Source: a virus
Lineage: Duplodnaviria; Heunggongvirae; Uroviricota; Caudoviricetes
Virus record (IMG/VR): IMGVR_UViG_3300032245_001763
Coordinates: 1-64,000 of that record
Direction: 5' to 3' (one strand)
Length of the DNA: 64,000 nucleotides
Part shown: positions 62,018-64,000 of the stretch, one piece after another
How positions within the stretch are numbered: the stretch's first letter is position 1
Layout of the letters: each line of letters starts with the position of its first letter
Program-made: the position numbers and the translations under genes
Notes under the pieces: model-generated
Databases searched by the model: none
What the model saw: only the letters and a program-made list of their open reading frames with translations
Told to the model about the DNA's origin: nothing

Positions 62018-63079
62018 ATGTATGATATTCAATTTATAATACCAATTTCAGCTTCAAAAGAAATTTATAAAACAAGAATTAATTCTTTAAAAAAATATGG
62101 AATACTAAATGTAAAAAACAACAAAGTGTTATTAACGTTGTTGGTAGGAACAGAAACTATTCCAGATTTGGACAAAGATTGGAATCCAAATATTACAGTT
62201 GAATGTATTCCTTCTGTTTATAATTATCATGCACAAAAAATTTATGATTATTTATCTTCATTAAAGTCTGTTAAGGCTAAATGGATTGCTAAAATTGACG
62301 ATGATAGTTTTAATGATGTTGACTCTTTGATTTCCAATTTAGAAACTCATTTTCAAGATTCTAATTGTTATATTTGCAGTTGTATTAACAATGTAGATCA
62401 TATTATAGAAAAAAATCTTTTAATAGAATCGGGTTATAGTAAATTTTTAACTCCAAGAAATACACTCTGGCATGAGTGGGAAGCTTCTTTTTTATCAAAA
62501 AAATCTTTAGAGAAAATTATTTCTTGCGAAGACGCAATGCTTTTGATGAAAAAAAGAAGTAAGATATCATCTGGTGTTACAGATGCTTGTTTTGCATATG
62601 CTGCAAAAATTGCAGGAATTCATCCTGTTGATTGTCACTTTTCCACAAAAGAACCATTAATAGCTCATTTTAGTTATTTTGGTGGAGTTTATAGTCATAT
62701 ACATTATATGTATTCTTCATGTTCAGATAATGCAAGAGAAAAAGCAGGAGTTGACGCTCATTTATTTGCAAGCAAAATTTTGGATGAAAAATATGATAAA
62801 TTTAATTATAATAAATTAATTGATAAACAATACGTTTTTTGTGATCAATATGATAGAGTTATATCTCTTTTAACTTTTAAAGAATTTGGTCTTGTAAAAA
62901 ACAATAATCATGAAAATGAATCTTTATGGCTTGTTGATGATAAACATTTAGAATTTTATAATACTAAAGGTACTTTAATTAGTAGATTTATGTTTGAAGA
63001 TGTTGAATTAAATAAAATGAAAGGTTGGTTGTTAACTAAGCCAGAAAATATTCTTTATTTGAAAAGAGTAATTGCATGA
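62018..63079 (+). CDS. Hypothetical protein, possible glycosyltransferase-like (DxD)
   Basis: AKIDDDSFNDVD contains an acidic DxD-like triplet; otherwise unassigned. Confidence 0.35.
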   Translation: MYDIQFIIPISASKEIYKTRINSLKKYGILNVKNNKVLLTLLVGTETIPDLDKDWNPNITVECIPSVYNYHAQKIYDYLSSLKSVKAKWIAKIDDDSFNDVDSLISNLETHFQDSNCYICSCINNVDHIIEKNLLIESGYSKFLTPRNTLWHEWEASFLSKKSLEKIISCEDAMLLMKKRSKISSGVTDACFAYAAKIAGIHPVDCHFSTKEPLIAHFSYFGGVYSHIHYMYSSCSDNAREKAGVDAHLFASKILDEKYDKFNYNKLIDKQYVFCDQYDRVISLLTFKEFGLVKNNNHENESLWLVDDKHLEFYNTKGTLISRFMFEDVELNKMKGWLLTKPENILYLKRVIA

Positions 63080-63888
63080 AAATTTCAGTACTAGTTAACA
63101 CACATGAATGTGACATTTTTTTAGACACAATTGATTCAATTAGAACTTATGTATCTAATGATATATTAACTGTTGTCGATGCCAAAAATTGGGATAGTTG
63201 GGGAGAAAATTTACCTCAAGATATAAATGCAATAAAAGGTTTTTATCATGGTTACAATAAGGCACCATATAAAAATTATACATATGGATTAAAAAAAATA
63301 TATGAAAAATATCCTGATTCTGATTGGTATTGTTATTGTGAACCAGATGTGATTTTTGCTTCAGATAAATTTAAAAAAGTATTATCTGAAGATGATTCTG
63401 TTTGGATGTATGGAAATGATTTGAGATATTATGATAAAATTAAATTTCCTTTTTTGGAAAATATGCTAAATATCAAATTTAATATAACTTCTTATTTTTT
63501 AGGATGTTGTTTATTTTTTAATAAAATTTTTATAAAAAAACTTAATGAAATTAATTTTTTTGATACTTTTTTAAAAGAAGTATCCATTTTTAAAAATGGA
63601 TACTTCCCAGATTGTGATGAACAAAATGTTTATGATATTGGTGAAAATTTATATCCAACATTAGCGTTTCATTTAGGCGGAAAATTAAAACAATTTGCAT
63701 GTTGGAACCAAACTTTTAATCATTGGACTGGTAATTTTAAAGAATATCCTATGAGATGGAGACCCGAATTGACTTTTGAAGACAATTATCCAGAAGCATG
63801 TATTTTACATCCAGTGAAAAACACATCTGGATTAAGACAATTTCATAAAACTTTAAGAAAGAGAAAAAATGTTGCAAAATATGTCTAG
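63076..63888 (+). CDS. hypothetical protein (possible glycan-modification enzyme by context)
   Basis: ATGA overlap with the upstream gene; genomic context only. Confidence 0.35.
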   Translation: MKISVLVNTHECDIFLDTIDSIRTYVSNDILTVVDAKNWDSWGENLPQDINAIKGFYHGYNKAPYKNYTYGLKKIYEKYPDSDWYCYCEPDVIFASDKFKKVLSEDDSVWMYGNDLRYYDKIKFPFLENMLNIKFNITSYFLGCCLFFNKIFIKKLNEINFFDTFLKEVSIFKNGYFPDCDEQNVYDIGENLYPTLAFHLGGKLKQFACWNQTFNHWTGNFKEYPMRWRPELTFEDNYPEACILHPVKNTSGLRQFHKTLRKRKNVAKYV

Positions 63889-64000
63889 TAAGTTCTTTTT
63901 TTATGTAATAGATTTAGAAAAAAAAGATGAATTTATAAAAAAATTTGTTGAATTTAATTCATTTTTAAATGAAGATGATGGTGTTTACTTAATAAATGAA

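Noticed and set aside
1-64000. Eukaryotic giant-virus (Mimiviridae-like) origin
   Set aside because: AT-richness, tRNA clusters, PTH2 and hairpins after genes are compatible with it. But bacterial lipoboxes (LSGC, ISGC), a Tat signal, HNH endonucleases, an M23 peptidase, a ParB-like motif, canonical stem plus T-run terminators, ATGA-coupled gene overlaps and the absence of the AAAATTGA early-promoter motif favour a bacteriophage or bacterial mobile element.

Overview
AT-rich window (roughly 27-30% GC by eye) with compact, mostly plus-strand coding that overlaps by ATGA/short overlaps. I read it as part of a very large bacteriophage (jumbo/huge phage) or a similar mobile element of an AT-rich bacterium; a eukaryotic virus seems less likely. 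The reasons are bacterial-type lipobox and twin-arginine signal peptides, HNH endonucleases, an M23 peptidase, a ParB-like motif, a T4 RNase H/FEN-like exonuclease and canonical hairpin plus T-run terminators. The main contents are listed here. (1) A CRISPR-like array sits at the 5' edge (35-bp hairpin repeat, 34-40 bp unique spacers, degenerate terminal repeat, no cas genes in the window). Degenerate solitary copies of the same repeat lie just downstream of two tRNA genes. (2) A very dense tRNA gene array of 35 or more tRNA or tRNA-like genes occupies 0.5-22.5 kb, interleaved with small ORFs. It is rich in Asn/Lys/Thr/Glu/Gly/Val isoacceptors that match the N/K/Y/I-rich proteome, and several members have non-canonical architecture. 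(3) A paralogous family of more than 17 genes appears in four clusters. Each has a conserved Cys/His N-terminal domain (GYKATY...C...GFHYC...LLEIEDLG...TNKIRIIREI) followed by variable numbers of MORN-variant/YwqK-like repeats (G.W.K.EYDERNN.IYYE.S). One member is inactivated by an 11-bp tandem duplication, and another carries a perfect 63-bp repeat-unit duplication. (4) Recognisable enzymes include an SPFH/prohibitin-like protein, thioredoxin, a 5'-3' exonuclease (FEN), two HNH endonucleases, an M23 peptidase, an HhH-GPD glycosylase-like protein, peptidyl-tRNA hydrolase PTH2, a truncated class II aminoacyl-tRNA-synthetase-like core, a Tat-signal DUF1501 protein and an HD-domain protein. Two multi-zinc-ribbon plus DUF559-like nuclease-fold proteins flank a tRNA sub-cluster. 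(5) The 3' 12 kb is a minus-strand glycan-modification and virion-surface cluster: GT4-like and GT9-like glycosyltransferases, a SAM methyltransferase, two sulfotransferase-like proteins, a pyruvyl-transferase-like protein, two paralogous large structural (fibre-like) proteins and a protein with three perfect 60-bp tandem repeats. A recurrent TAGAAAGT-like motif lies about 8-20 nt upstream of many start codons, and several intergenic regions are near-duplicates. All functional calls rest on motif-level reading of the translations; no database search was possible.
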